Positions 11,989 through 23,999 of a DNA stretch of 64,000 bases are shown here, piece after piece; the first letter of the stretch is position 1; the number at the start of each line of letters is the position of its first letter. Where the stretch lies: the NCBI GenBank assembly GCA_013239625.1, contig MU054908.1:8356144-8420143 (forward strand), in the 5' to 3' direction. The stretch is from Lama guanicoe. Its lineage: Eukaryota. The position numbers and the translations under genes were made by a program. Under the pieces are notes generated by a model. The model had not been told where the DNA came from. It did no database searches and saw only the letters and a list, made by a program, of their open reading frames with translations.

Positions 11989-13317
11989 GCCCAAATGGGA
12001 CTTGGCTTCTAATCTTTGCTTTGAGAAGATGTATGCTTTCCAGTGGACATACGTATTTCACTTGTAGCAGTGACACATGTTTCAAAGAGGGTGACATTCC
12101 ATACAAATGAAGAAAAAAGTATAAAAGTTGAATAAACAAGGAAGATGGATGAGAAATACACCATAAGTGCTACACGTGCAGCAATAATTGAAAAGAATTT
12201 CCTGTGGATTCATTCCTCAGGCATAAAGCTCTCTGAACCCCTAGAAGAGTGATGTGATTACAAGTGTCTGGATATTGCCTGTTATGCAAAGACTCGGGAT
12301 TACTCTCATACCAAGTGCCTGGGCTCATTTTACTCGAGAAGTCTTAGATAAAATACTTTTTGTTATACTGTGCAAATCAATGGGTATTTCAGACAGCGCG
12401 TTCCCTAAAGCCTCGATTTTGCAAACAGAACAGGGGCACTTGAATTATACTGGGTGATAGAGATCCTACATAAGTGGGTTGTGTATGAAGGGGAAGCCAG
12501 GTGGCTAGAACATGAGCTTGTTTGGGGATCATGAAAGAGCAGAGATTCAGACAATCCAAGGTTGATTGGGAGCATGTTGATGTACAGTTGCTATAGACGT
12601 TCTCCCTGACTCAGAATATAAAAGGAAAATTTAAGCCCAGTTAAACTGTCTTCGGTGTTCCCATTATATTTAGGTTTATGGATCATTATTTATTTCTTGC
12701 TCAGAATGAAATAGGAAATGAATCCCAACAATAATCTATATTGGGATTATGGTTTCAATGCTTTTAAAGGATAAAAATGATGCAGACACTTTTTGGTTAA
12801 ATACCAATTACTTATAATAAGTCAAAACTGTGCTCTTCTTTTTGAATCTGTCCAGGAAGACAGATTTATTAAATAAGTTAGCCTCTCAGTTTTTAACTTA
12901 AAATCACCTCTTAAATCAGGAAGTACACATGGCAAGCAAGCCTAATGCTTTCTGAAGGTTGTTTTTTGTTTTGTTTTGCAAACTACTTTTGGAAAACAGT
13001 TTATTTCCTTCACCTGAGGACAATAGGTTAAAAAGTAGGTAGCAGCCATGACACTTCACCAAACATCTTCTGTTCTTTCTTTACAGGATGTTGAAGGTGC
13101 CTAATAGAGTCTGACATGTTTTCACTACCTATGAAATATCAAAATGGCAAATCCTAATGTTTGCTTTATCCAAGGACACTTTTATACCTTATGCTTTGCC
13201 TTGTCAGTTTGAATTGATATCAAGCTGGGACAGGTCATGACTGTTCCCCGCCTCTGACTCCCTATCATAGTTCAAAATGCTCAGATCAGCTCGTTAAATG
13301 TGTGGTGCAATGTGTGA

Positions 13318-13418
13318 GGCCATGTGGTGTGATGGAGAGTACACTGAGCCACAGTCGAAAACCTGGGTTCTAGTCCTAACTTTACCATTACCAGCTATAT
13401 AAGGGTTGGCAAATCAAT
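13318..13418 (+). mobile_element. MIR 5' part
   Basis: tgtggtgtgatggagagtacactg...cctgggttctagtcc. Confidence 0.65.
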
Positions 13419-13419
13419 A

Positions 13420-13900
13420 GAACTCAATAGATATTTATTGAGCACTACTCTGTGCCAAACCTTATGCAACAGGAGAGCAGAGAAAGAACACAGACGTGGT
13501 GCCCACAGAACATCCCTCTGACATCGAGGCACATGCATAAATAACTCCAGTATGAGGTACATAGAGTCTTGAGCTGAAAGACAGAACTAAATCAAAAGCT
13601 GTAACAAGCAGAGAAAGGAGTGATGGCTTAAGTTTGGCGTGTGGATCAAGGAAGGTTTAATGGAGGTTGATCCATGAGCTAGGACTTAAATGTAGTATAG
13701 GATTTGGGCACGATGGGTGGGGAAGGAGGTACAGGCAGAGTGAACTGTGGAATCAAGTCCATGGAGGTGTTAAAGCACATGGCTCTGTGGAGCCTGATGA
13801 AGGGTCTTAACCTGGCACCTGCAAGGGTGTAGGTGGTGGTGCAGTGGGTAGAGAAAGCTGAAGCTAGGAAAGTATTGAGCTCAGTACAAAGAAGAGTTTG
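13420..13900 (-). mobile_element. L2 fragment
   Basis: atatttattgagcactactctgtgcc...caaggaaggtttaatggagg...gagctaggacttaa. Confidence 0.65.
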
Positions 13901-14769
13901 AAAAGCTAAGGTCTCTGTTGAAGTTGATCTAGATTAAGAAAAAAAAAAGGAGGAGGAGGTGGGGGGAGCAAGGAGAAGGAGAAAGTAAGAAGGGAAGAAA
14001 GGGAGGAAAAAGAGCTACTTTGGGGCATGCATATGCCTCTGTTCAACACCTCTGCACAGTCAACAAAGAAAGGGGAAAACGCCCTTTGAGCGGACCACAA
14101 CCTGTAACAAAATCTATGTAATATAAAAACCTGGTGGGCCATAGAGACCTGGAATTTCTTCCCAAGTTGCTTTGACAGGCTTCATGAGAGGAAACAAAAT
14201 ACACTGCCTTGTGTGAATATCCATCCAAAGCCTGCGTAGACTTGTGCCTCTACTATGGCAAATGAGAAAGCATAAAAATGGTGTTAATAATACTGATTTG
14301 AGATTTGGTAGTTTACAACACTTAGAAATCCATCGCTTAGTAAAGTAGGTATTGAGATGATCCCATTTTATAACTAACTAAGGAGATGAAAGTGTCTCCT
14401 TTTGAGAAAGGTGGTTGAGAGGGTGGCTGTGCCAAAAGCTACCAATTTTTGACTATGACAGTACTTCAAAATTGGGGCAATGTTTGTTACCTTAAAATTC
14501 TTTAACTCAATTCTTGATCAGAATATTAATCTGAGTTTTATGGTCTGCACTGTAAAGTCTCCTTGAGGGAGTCACTTTCTTTCTCTTGGCTCGTGATACT
14601 TACTTTAAAACAAAGGAGATGAACCAGATTTTTCAGTATTCTCTTTCTTTTCTTCATATTGATTTAAGTATATGCCAGCATCAAGTCAAATCATCATCTG
14701 GATTTTTATCCACATGTTATTAGATATTCAAATAGAGTGAGTTTTCCTTTGTTTAAATATAGAATTAAT

Positions 14770-15960
14770 GAATGCACAGAGTTTTAAAATATTCAAACAG
14801 TGCAGAAGAACAAAAATGAAACATAAAATCATCCTCCACTTTATTATCAACCCCTTTCCCCAGAGACAGCCACTGTCAATATTCCCTTTCTTTAGTTTTG
14901 TTGGTAATTATTGTTATAACTTTACAAAACACACCTAGATTCCTACTTTTTGATATATTAACTATAGACAGAGCTATTATATCCTGGATGTGAGGTCTAA
15001 GGGTCTACTCACTGACATTACCATCTATTTTTTTCTTCTCCTTCTGCTTCCTAATTTTTGTTAGCCTAAGTATTATTTTTGGATATTCTATCAACTGTAT
15101 TCATGAATTTAAGTAATACAACTAATTTCTATTCCACAATTTAGACAGCTATAATTCCACTATAAAGAAAATGACAATGACATATCCATCCATCTCCAAA
15201 TTTTTCTTTCCTCTGTAATTATTTTTATATTATCAAAATTTATTCTATCTACAGTCTCTTCTGTAATTGTAAATACATCTTCTGTGATTATATAATAGAT
15301 GAATTATTAAAAAAAAGAAAATGAATGACCAGAATTCTAATAGTATGGTTACATAAATATTCAATATAGAACCAGGAAGAATGTTTTATGTCATATAGAA
15401 GGAATTAGTCTATATATTTTATGCCATTAACGTATTTAAGGTTAAAGGAGAATCTTCCAAATGTCCTACCTAATGGATCCTCTCTTACTTAATTTCTAGT
15501 CTCCCTTACTTCTCAGTCATTCTCTGCCATCACAGATTCTTGGGTCCCATTGTATCCTGTTTATTAAATTGCTGTTCTATTTTGATGGAGAACTACATCT
15601 CAAGAGGTATTTTTCAATCAAAGTATAAGGGCAGTGAACTTCTTGAGTTTTTGCACAACCAAAAGTGTCTTATGTGTCTTTGCTTTTAGATTTGATTGAT
15701 GGTTTGACTGGCTATAGAGTTCCGTGTTGAAATTCTCTTCCTTTTGAAATTTGAAGAATTTTCATTTCTCCTAACATCTAAGAGGTGCTGATAGGAAGTC
15801 TGATATTACTTGAAGTCTTATTTCTTTGTAAGTGAACCCCTCCCCATCCTCTTGACATCCAGATTTTCCCTTTGTTACTGGAATTACCAGCTGCCACCAC
15901 GATGTCCTTTCCATGGTGATGTCATTTCCCACTAGTTCCTCTTGGCATTCAGCACCTATG
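14770..15960 (-). mobile_element. Ancient HAL1/L1ME-type element (ORF1-like region plus 3' UTR)
   Basis: 15660-15960 resembles antisense ORF1 (gatggtttgactggctatagagtt...gaagtctgat). 14780-14900 resembles an antisense L1ME/HAL1 3' end (ccccagagacagccactgtcaata). Confidence 0.55.
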
Positions 15961-15984
15961 AGGGAGTCAAGTTGACGACAGCGA

Positions 15985-16280
15985 GAAGCAATATGGTGTA
16001 CTGGATTGAACAAAGGATCTGGAGTCAGATGATCTGATTTCAAATTCTAAATTTTGCCACTCTTTCTATCTTTAACTGTCTGTGAAACCTTGCAAAATAC
16101 TGTATCTTCACTTAGGCTCATTTTTTTTTTTCCCTACCAAAACACAATGATAAGAGTCTGAGTCCTGTTCTTTCCTGCCATGTCCTATTATTCTGCAAGA
16201 TTATTGTCATTGTGAACTACTGGGAGTAAAATTGTTTTGCAAACTGTAGAGCTGTGTATTAGGGTCGATATTATTGCAAT
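15985..16280 (+). mobile_element. MIR
   Basis: atatggtgtactgga...ggagtcagatgatctgatttcaaattc...tgtgaaaccttgc...ttttgcaaactgtagagc. Confidence 0.7.
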
Positions 16281-16854
16281 GGAAATGAACAGGATGAAAA
16301 GAGTTTGGTGTTAGAGAAATGCTGTTGTTTTTTTCCCTTTATCACATGTCACTTTGCCTGGATGCATGGATATTACTGGGGGGTCATTACTCAGGTAAAC
16401 CTGCAAGACCAGCACTCTACTTAGGAGACTTGGCCTGCCATCTACCAGGCAGTTGCGTAGGGCATTACTCTTTCTCAGCAACTCTTAAGGAAGGCATTGG
16501 ATATGCTCAGGGGGCCTGAGTGATAAATGACCTGTCCATTTATCCTTCTTAGAATAACTCCTCATTGTCTGGAAAGTAGAAATGACACACATACTGACAT
16601 ACTTTGTGGCTCCAAAGTTCTTTTTACTAATAAATAGTGTAAGAGGAAATGATTTAAATTACTATTTGGGACATTGGCTTGAATACTTCCAGGAACTCTA
16701 TTCTTTTTACCCAACACATTTTTAGAGTTAAAGTAAAATTTGGTTTTCTGAAGTATATTTCCAGGAAGTATCAAGCAATGATGTAATCTGGAAGGGGAAA
16801 GAGTAATTTAGAATCAGAAAATATCAGATTTAAGAAGAATCTTCCCGTAATAAG

Positions 16855-16980
16855 TAGCATCCTCATTTACAAATAAGGAAACTGACATCCTGGCCAAGGC
16901 AGAGACTTGCTCAAGGTCACATGAACTGGGTGGAAATAGATTCCAGGACTCCTAACTCCATTTCACAGTTATTTTACTCA
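16855..16980 (-). mobile_element. MIR
   Basis: cctcatttacaaataaggaaactga...gacttgctcaaggtcac. Confidence 0.7.
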
Positions 16981-17659
16981 AAGAGCTCTCTTAACAGTCT
17001 TTAACTTTCTACCAGGGTGCTTTGAAATGGCAGAGAACTTGGTAACATATATAATCTTGAGGCTGTATTTAGCGCAGGCCAGTAGATGGCAGTACCTCTG
17101 AGATCGTCCTGCTACAGACGAGGGAGTGTGTTAAAAGCTTTGGTCCAGGAAGCTCTTACTGTAGTCATGGGCAGTAGAATTTTGACTCCACCTCAAAGAT
17201 ATGAGGAACTGAAGTTCAGAGAGGTAAACAAGTTTACACAACTCATAACATTTGCTTTTGATAAAGCACAGAGACTGAACTCAAATCTAATTTTAGTCAC
17301 AGGACTAGTTCTCAAAGTAGAGTTGAAAAGAGAATCTAAGAACCCTAGTTTCCTCAATACTCCAGACAGTTTCAGGTTTCTCAACACACGTTGTGATAAA
17401 CAAAGACCCAGGCACCACTTTTAAAATAGTCAGTTCTTGGCACAATTCAAAGGAGTTTTAATAGGCTCAAATTCACTGGATTGTGGATTTCAGATTTTTT
17501 GTTGTTATTGTTCTGGCATCTGGATCCCTTTCATATGGCCTTTTTGGAATACTCACAGAGCTCAGGAGATTTTAAAAACTTTGAGAAAGAGATGAATTGC
17601 CTTTGTGAGCACACCCCTGCAACTGTGCCTTCAGCGCTGGGTACCACCCATGATGAGGT

Positions 17660-18005
17660 ACCACTCATGGTAACAGAGAAGAGTGCCCAGGATGGAGACA
17701 GGGCTGAGTTTAAGACATGGGGCTAACTCTGGAAGGAAAAGAGCATGTTCAGCTCAGGACCTTAGCTGAGAAAAAACTCATGCGGGAACTTGATAGGTGT
17801 GTTCCAATTCCTGAAGGACCATGATGTGGAGATTAAATTTGTTTTGTATTAACTTGCCCACAAAGTGCTGCTCCACTGCATGTGAAAATGATACGAAGCC
17901 ATATTTTTGGTGTACAATCCAAATAATTTACTAAGAGCTGAGCTTTCTGAAGATATCATGGGCCTCCTTTGGATATAAAGTGGGCTCTGTTTCGGAAGGC
18001 AGTGT
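17660..18005 (+). mobile_element. L3/CR1 LINE 3' fragment
   Basis: cagagaagagtgcccaggatgg...atgttcagc...ttgataggtgtgttccaattcctgaagg...atgtggag...agagctg...atgggcctcc follows the CR1/L3 ORF2 3' region. Confidence 0.65.
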
Positions 18006-18769
18006 GATCCCTCCTCACAGGCAGCTATGGAAAAGTTCTGAGGGGTGTTGGACTGGAGCCATCAGAAACTCCAATCCAGCACGGTTGCAATATTCCTTGG
18101 TTTAAGTCTTGTAAAGCTCTGCAGCTCAGTATCACACATAATCATGCCACGTCTTTCTGGCCTGCAGAGTTTCTGCTGAAAAATCAGCTGATAGCGTTAT
18201 GGGAGTTCCATTGCAGGTTATTTGTTGCTTTTCTCTTGCTGCTCTTAGCAGTCTCTCTTTATCTTTAATTTTTATCATTTTAATTACCATGTGTCTTGTG
18301 GTCCTCTTTGGGTTCATCTTGTATGGGACTCTGCACTTTCTGGACTTGGGTGACTGATTAGGGAAGTTTTTAGCTATTATGTTTTCAAAAATATTCTTGG
18401 CCCCTTCCTCTCTCTCTTCTCCTTCTGGGATCCCAATAACGTGATATTAGTGTACTTGATGTTGTCCTAGAGGTCTCTTAAACTGTCCTCTTTTCTTTTC
18501 ATTCTTTTTTTCTGTTCAGTGATAGTGATTTCCACTCCTCTGTCTTCCAGCTCACAGATTCATTTCTCTGTATCATTTAGTCTATGGGCCCAGGGATCCC
18601 AGAGCTTTCAGATCGCTGGTTGGGAGGGGCACCGATTCTTGACACAGTTTTGGTATGGCGTCTGGGGTGTCTCGAAGCTTGTGTTGGTCTGCTAATGGGA
18701 CGGGCAGGGGCCCAGCTGGTCCCAGGGTAGGGTCTGTCTCGCTGTAAGCAGGCTGGGTCCACAGGCTGT

Positions 18770-19600
18770 GGGATCGTGGTTTTCTAACGTCTGGGGTCTG
18801 CCCACCATGGGCGAGCCTGGTCTAGGCTTGTGCAGACTTCCTGGAGGGCAGGGCCTATGCTTGCCCACTTTGGGCGGAGCTGGGTCTTGGCCCTCCGCTG
18901 AGCAAGGCCGTGTCTAGGGCTGTGTCTAGGGATGTGGCTATGGTCTCAGAAAGCTTGCCTGCTGATGCGCGGGGCTGCGCTGCGCAGTGTGTGGCTTGGC
19001 CTGAGGCGGCCCAGCGCTGGCGGCTGCAGGCTGGTGGGCGGGGCCAGGTCTTGGCGCCAACAGTCGGAGGGAGGAGCCCACACAATGGCGCCCGCCTGCC
19101 CGCTCCCGCTTCGCGTGTGGAAGGAGCTCCCACATATGGCGTGGGAGCTAACAAGCTAGACGGAGGATTTCGCCCTGGTGCCCGCCTACCCCAGTGTCCA
19201 CCTGTTAGAAGGAGCTCCGAAGGAAGACCGTGGCCAATGCCTACGTCCGCAGAGCGAGCTGCAGCTGCCCTCGCCGCCTCCCCGGGAGAGTGTCCGAGAC
19301 CCGCAGGTAGGCCTGGCCCGGGCTCCGAGCGAGTGACTGCTTTTGCCCCGTCCCGGCGCGCGGGAGGTTTTGTGTGCGCCCTTTCAGAGTGAAGTCTCCA
19401 CTTCCCCTCATCCTGAGACTCCCGAAGCCCGGCTGGCCTTCCACGCCATATTATCTGGGAGCATGTCTTCCCCGTGCCGGTACCGGACCCCCGGGCTGAG
19501 GGGCCTGACGTGGGGCTCAGAAGTCTCGCTCCTGTGGGGCAACCTCTGCCGTATAAGTATTCTCTGGTTGTGGGTCGCCCACAGGGGGTTCAAGGCTTGA
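18770..19600. promoter_or_regulatory. CpG island within the L1 5' UTR
   Basis: Roughly 55-65 CpGs by eye in about 830 bp, GC-rich, with GC-box-like GGGCGG at about 18871 and 19036. The rest of the window is strongly CpG-depleted. Confidence 0.7.
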
Positions 19601-19635
19601 TTATATCACAAGTCTGCTCCTACTTGTCTCGTGGG

Positions 19636-19910
19636 TTTTTTTTTAACATTTTTTTATTGAGTTATAGTCATTTTACAGTGTTGTGTCAAATTCCAGTGCA
19701 GAGCACAATTTTTCAGTTATGCATGAACATACATATATTCATTGTCACATTTTTTTTTCTCTGTGACCTACTGCAAGATATTGTATATATTTCCCTGTGC
19801 TATACGGTATAATCTTGTTTATCTATTGTGCATATGCCTATCAGTCTCTACAAATTTTGAACTCCCAGTCTCTCTCTTCCCACCCTCCTCCCCCTTGGCA
19901 ACCACAAGTG
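19636..19910 (-). mobile_element. Lineage-specific L1 3' UTR fragment nested in the older L1 5' UTR
   Basis: Poly-T, then ttttattgagttatagtcattttacagtgttgtgtcaaattccagtg, homologous to the reverse complement of about 147-400. The host UTR resumes at about 19911. Confidence 0.9.
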
Positions 19911-20072
19911 TGATTTATTCTTTATATCTTTGGTTGTAGATATTTTCTGGTAGGTTCCAGTCTGTTTCATGGAGGGTGGTTCTGCAGATGGTTGTGGTTT
20001 TGGTGTGCTCGCGAGAGGAGGTGAGCTCAGGTCTCCCCATTGTCTTGGCAGAACTCACACACTATCATAACT

Positions 20073-20110
20073 ACACACACACTCGCGCGCGCGCGCACAC
20101 ATGCGTATAC
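20073..20110. repeat. (CA)n(CG)n alternating purine-pyrimidine tract
   Basis: acacacacactcgcgcgcgcgcgcacacatgcgtatac. Confidence 0.9.
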
Positions 20111-20132
20111 TTTTTTCATCTTCCCAATACGA

Positions 20133-20380
20133 ACAATAATTTAAATTTATTGAGCACTTACTGTGTGCTGATCTATTTGTTCAGCTCTTCATACATCCTA
20201 TTCATTTCATCTTCCTCAGTGTCCTGTTGGAAAGGTACTATTACTGTGTATTTCATAGATAATATATGACTATTATAGGTGAAATAACATGCTCATTGTG
20301 CCATAGTTAGTTAATGAGGGAGCCAGGATTTCAGTCCAGGTGTGCATGACGCAGATCCTAAACACTCTGCTATTCTGCCT
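20133..20380 (-). mobile_element. MIR
   Basis: atttattgagcacttactgtgtgc...aggtactattac...gagccaggatttcagtccagg. Confidence 0.75.
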
Positions 20381-21837
20381 CTTCATGAAGATGAATACTT
20401 TTCGAAGAGCCAGAAATAACCTGGTTCGCACCCTAAATTACTCAGTAAGAGTTGGAGGGGTGCTGAAGATACATGAAGCTAATATTATGATTTCTCTGTC
20501 ACGGATAACTGACAGCTGTGCTCTGTTTTGCCCAAGGAAGTAAAATTCTCTGATTAACGAGAGAGGAGCAGAGATTCACAGCTCTACAGGAGAAAAGCTT
20601 CCCAGCGTCAGTGGTTCTCTGTCAGTTTTAGATGGAGAAGCTCCTTGATGTCAATCCAGTTTGTGGTGGTGTCCTTGACGTTCCTGCACAGGAGTGGAGG
20701 TTGAGGGGAGGGAGTGGGCAAAAGAGGGCAAAGTCAGCTTTCTCTGGAAAGAACTTGTTTGACTTGAGCCTTTGGAAGTTTAAATAATTAAAAGTGTATG
20801 TACAAGCGCATGGGGATATTTGTTCATGCGGAAGACTTTCTGGCCATGACTTCTGAGCATCAGAGCTGCTTCAGCATCTCCTGGAGGAGGACCCAGATGG
20901 CCACACTTCAAATCTAATTAGACTTTAAAAGATGGAACCAGAAAACAGAGACGCTCTCCTGCAACTCCTCCAGACAATAAGAGAAACAATACATAGCAGG
21001 AAGGCCTCAGTGAGCCTGGCAGTGATGTTTCCTCCTTCAGGCAGAATTAACATCATTCCTATGGCCAAGGACCTATTTTTCTTTTTCAGAGACCATCAAG
21101 GGGTAAGCTTTGCTCACCCTCAATTTTAGCTCAGAACACCACCCCAAAGATCCCTCAGGATGTTCTTGGAGATTTGTTTCTCCAGAATAGCAAAGCTCAA
21201 GGCACGGAATCATTGATTAATCCATTCTGCTCAGTGTTGTATCAGAAAAGGAAATAATACTCGACCTAACAGCCAGCCATCATTACCCCACCTCCTTCTA
21301 GAAAATAAGGTGTTTGGATCCAGCAAGGTGAAGTAACTAGCTCAAGAGAAATGATGGAGGAACCAAGCTAGAAGCTAGACTTCCTGGTTGCCAGGACAGC
21401 ATCATTTTGAGAGAACAGCCAAGGGAAGAAGGCTTGTGCATTGACTGGAGGGTAAGAGAGGAACCCACGAGGGCAACAACACATACAATTTTTCTCCTTT
21501 ATAACTTAACTGTGAGCTTACCCTGATCACAGAAATTGCCATCTCTATGGAAGAACTTTCTATACACTCTTTTTTTTTTTTTTTGCTGGAAGTAGGAGTC
21601 CCTTTCTTGTCTTTGGAATATGGCCAGTTGGAAAGTATTTGTTCTTACCTGCTTGAACTCTTCACCTTCTTGTTCTCAACATGTCTCCTCATGCTTTGCA
21701 GTCCTTGCTTCTTTTCTAAACTCCTAGATTTGGTGTAAAAGCATTTGCTTTAAGTTTTCCAAGAGCCAAGCAGAAGAATCTTAATAGGACAAACCTGCTC
21801 TTGTGACATTTTCAATTTATCTGAAATTTAGATAATA

Positions 21838-22318
21838 TTGCTTAGTTGGCTAATTGCAGTAATAGGTAGACTGTAATATGCATAATGGCTCAAATGCAAT
21901 AGAAAAATTGTTTCTTATTCAAGATACAGTACCAGGAGGTAAAAACTTTAGCAGATGGCTTCTTCTGTGTGGTCACTCTTAGATTCAAGCTGGTGGAAGA
22001 CCTGTCATCTTTAACGCAGGGCTCCCACGGCTGTCCTGAGCATCAACTCTGTTCCTGTCGGATGTGGAAAAGAGCATGGAGGAGAACTGCATGGAAAGGT
22101 TCTATGGGCCAGCCATGGAACAGGCACACATCATCTGCCTTAATATCTCTCTTAATAACTCATCAAAATGGCACACTAAACTGCAGGCTTAAGTTGGGGT
22201 AGATAACGGGATTGGGAAATACAGTTCCTGGTTCGGCTGTCAAATTCCGGTGTTAATCCTATGATAAGGAAGGGGATGGTTCATGGATTTGAGTGTACAG
22301 CCAGCCATCTTGGCCAAA
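21838..22318 (-). mobile_element. Ancient MaLR solo LTR (MLT1I-K-like)
   Basis: ataatggctcaaatgcaatagaa...gggccagccatggaa...ctaaactgcagg...tgggaaatacagttcc...cagccagccatcttggcca. Confidence 0.6.
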
Positions 22319-22504
22319 TGGATGTTTTGTCAGTGTCTTTGGACATGAGTCAAAGTAAAATCAAGTGTTTTTAACTGACATGTGACTTTACTTAAACAAG
22401 ATTTCCTTGAATAATCCTAATTCATTCTGTTCTTATAAGCAAAAAGTTACCATTCTGCACTTCAGTCAACTTTTATTTAGCCTCTTTCTCTAGAATAATT
22501 ATAT

Positions 22505-23295
22505 CAGTTTTACTTACTACCCACTTTATGTGTTAAGCATTATACCAGATGTTGGGAATATATTAATAAACAAGACAGACAAATTTCCTGCTTGCATGAA
22601 ACTAAGATTCTAATGGAGAACAGGTGAGGAATAGATAAATAGATTAAAAATGTATTAAATAATGACAAGTACTAAAAGTAAGGTAAAACAGAGTGGTGAG
22701 AGAAAGAATGGCTGGCCCTATTTAGACAGGGGGGTTAAGCAGGTCCTCTTTGAGAAGGTGGCATTTAAACTGAAACCAAAATGACAAGAAGCCAGCCATT
22801 TTGAGATCTTAGGTAAGAACTTTTCAGGCTCTGGGAATGGCCAGTGCAAAGGCCCTGAGGTGGTAGTGTGCATGACTCTGAGACAGAGATGAGGCAATTA
22901 TGGATGACAAGTCTCATAGGAGCTGAAGTCAGAATTGTTGGCATGAAACCAGTTCAGATAGCATCTTGGAGACTGTGCTGAGGTTTACTTTTACTCCAAG
23001 TGCAACAGGAAGCAATTGGAGGGTTTGAAGCAGAAGAGTGACTCTTGCTTTCTTTCTTTCTTTTTGTTTTTTTTAAGGTACACTTTGGCTGTTATGACCA
23101 GAATGGATTGAAGCCTGGCAGGAGAGACAAAGGTGGCACTAAGGAGGTCTTTGTCATGGTCCAAGTTAGGATGATAGTAAGCCTGGAATATGGAGGAAGT
23201 AGCAGAGATGAAGGAAGGCTGAAACTGGTGAGTGTTTTGAAAGTTCTGTGGCATAGACTTGCTGAAGGATTTGTTCTGGAGGGAATGAGAAGGTG
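22505..23295 (-). mobile_element. L2 (L2a-like) fragment
   Basis: aaacaagacagacaaatttcctgc...gagaaggtggcatttaaactga...gtgcaaaggccctgagg...ggaagcaattggagggtttgaagcag. Confidence 0.85.
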
Positions 23296-23999
23296 AATTC
23301 CAACTGCCTCTTACATTTGATACATTCAGTTACTGTCACTCTCTTACTCAATCCTAGATAAGTCTCAGATGAGAGCTTCTTAGGATCTAGGCAGGGGGTC
23401 AGGAGAACTGGTTCCTATTTTCTTATTTGCTATTTTATTTGCCTGGACAAACTTCCTGCTCTTTAATTTTTGTAAGAAAATGAAAATAGCTTCCACCTTT
23501 TACCTAAGAAAACTGGTGAAGGGTGGTAAATGTGAAAAATATTTCTTGTGATGAAATTCTAGTAAGAGTACAAGATGCTCTTCTGGTTGAGCAGTATGTC
23601 TTGAGCATTTGCATTTAATCAGACTGTATTTCTTTGCCCTTTTGTAACAATGATGACTAACTGGTTCCCATGTAAGTGAGTTATATTTTAGACAAAGGAA
23701 GAAAAATAAAATAATTCTTGGCTTGGGGCACTTAATATCATTTAATTGAGTCATAGCTGCATAGACTACAACTGAATGAGAGTGTTTTACATCAAAAGGA
23801 TGTTTCCTTCCCTTTGCTTTCATGTACCTTTTTACCAAAGCATGAGAGTGCTCGCCGAAAATTTAAACAAAGATGTGCAGACAAATACGATGGAGACTGT
23901 TTAAATGTTTTAAAATATCCAGTTCAACCCAAATAAGGCAAAAAAAGAAAAGGCCAAAAACATGTGACAAATGAAAAGCAAACGATTAAAGCACACTGC

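Larger units (their letters stand above)
18140..20054 (-). mobile_element. LINE-1 5' portion: 5' UTR plus partial ORF1, internally deleted and 3'-truncated
   Basis: 18132-18317 translates as NPKRTTRHMVIKMIKIKDKERLLRAAREKQQITCNGTPITLSADFSAETLQARKTWHD (L1 ORF1p C-terminal half). The minus strand near 20048 begins gccaagac...gagctcacctcctctc...gaacctaccagaaaa, a typical laurasiatherian L1 5' start. Confidence 0.9.

Noticed and set aside
18855-19600. Several ORFs up to 160 aa, including one antisense to the L1 (ORF0-like idea)
   Set aside because: GC-rich sequence is stop-poor. The peptides are Ala/Arg/Pro/Gly-rich with no homology I recognise, and ORF0 is described for primate L1.
23848-23856. 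GTGCTCGC resembling the U6 snRNA 5' end
   Set aside because: Only 8 nt match and the sequence does not continue as U6.
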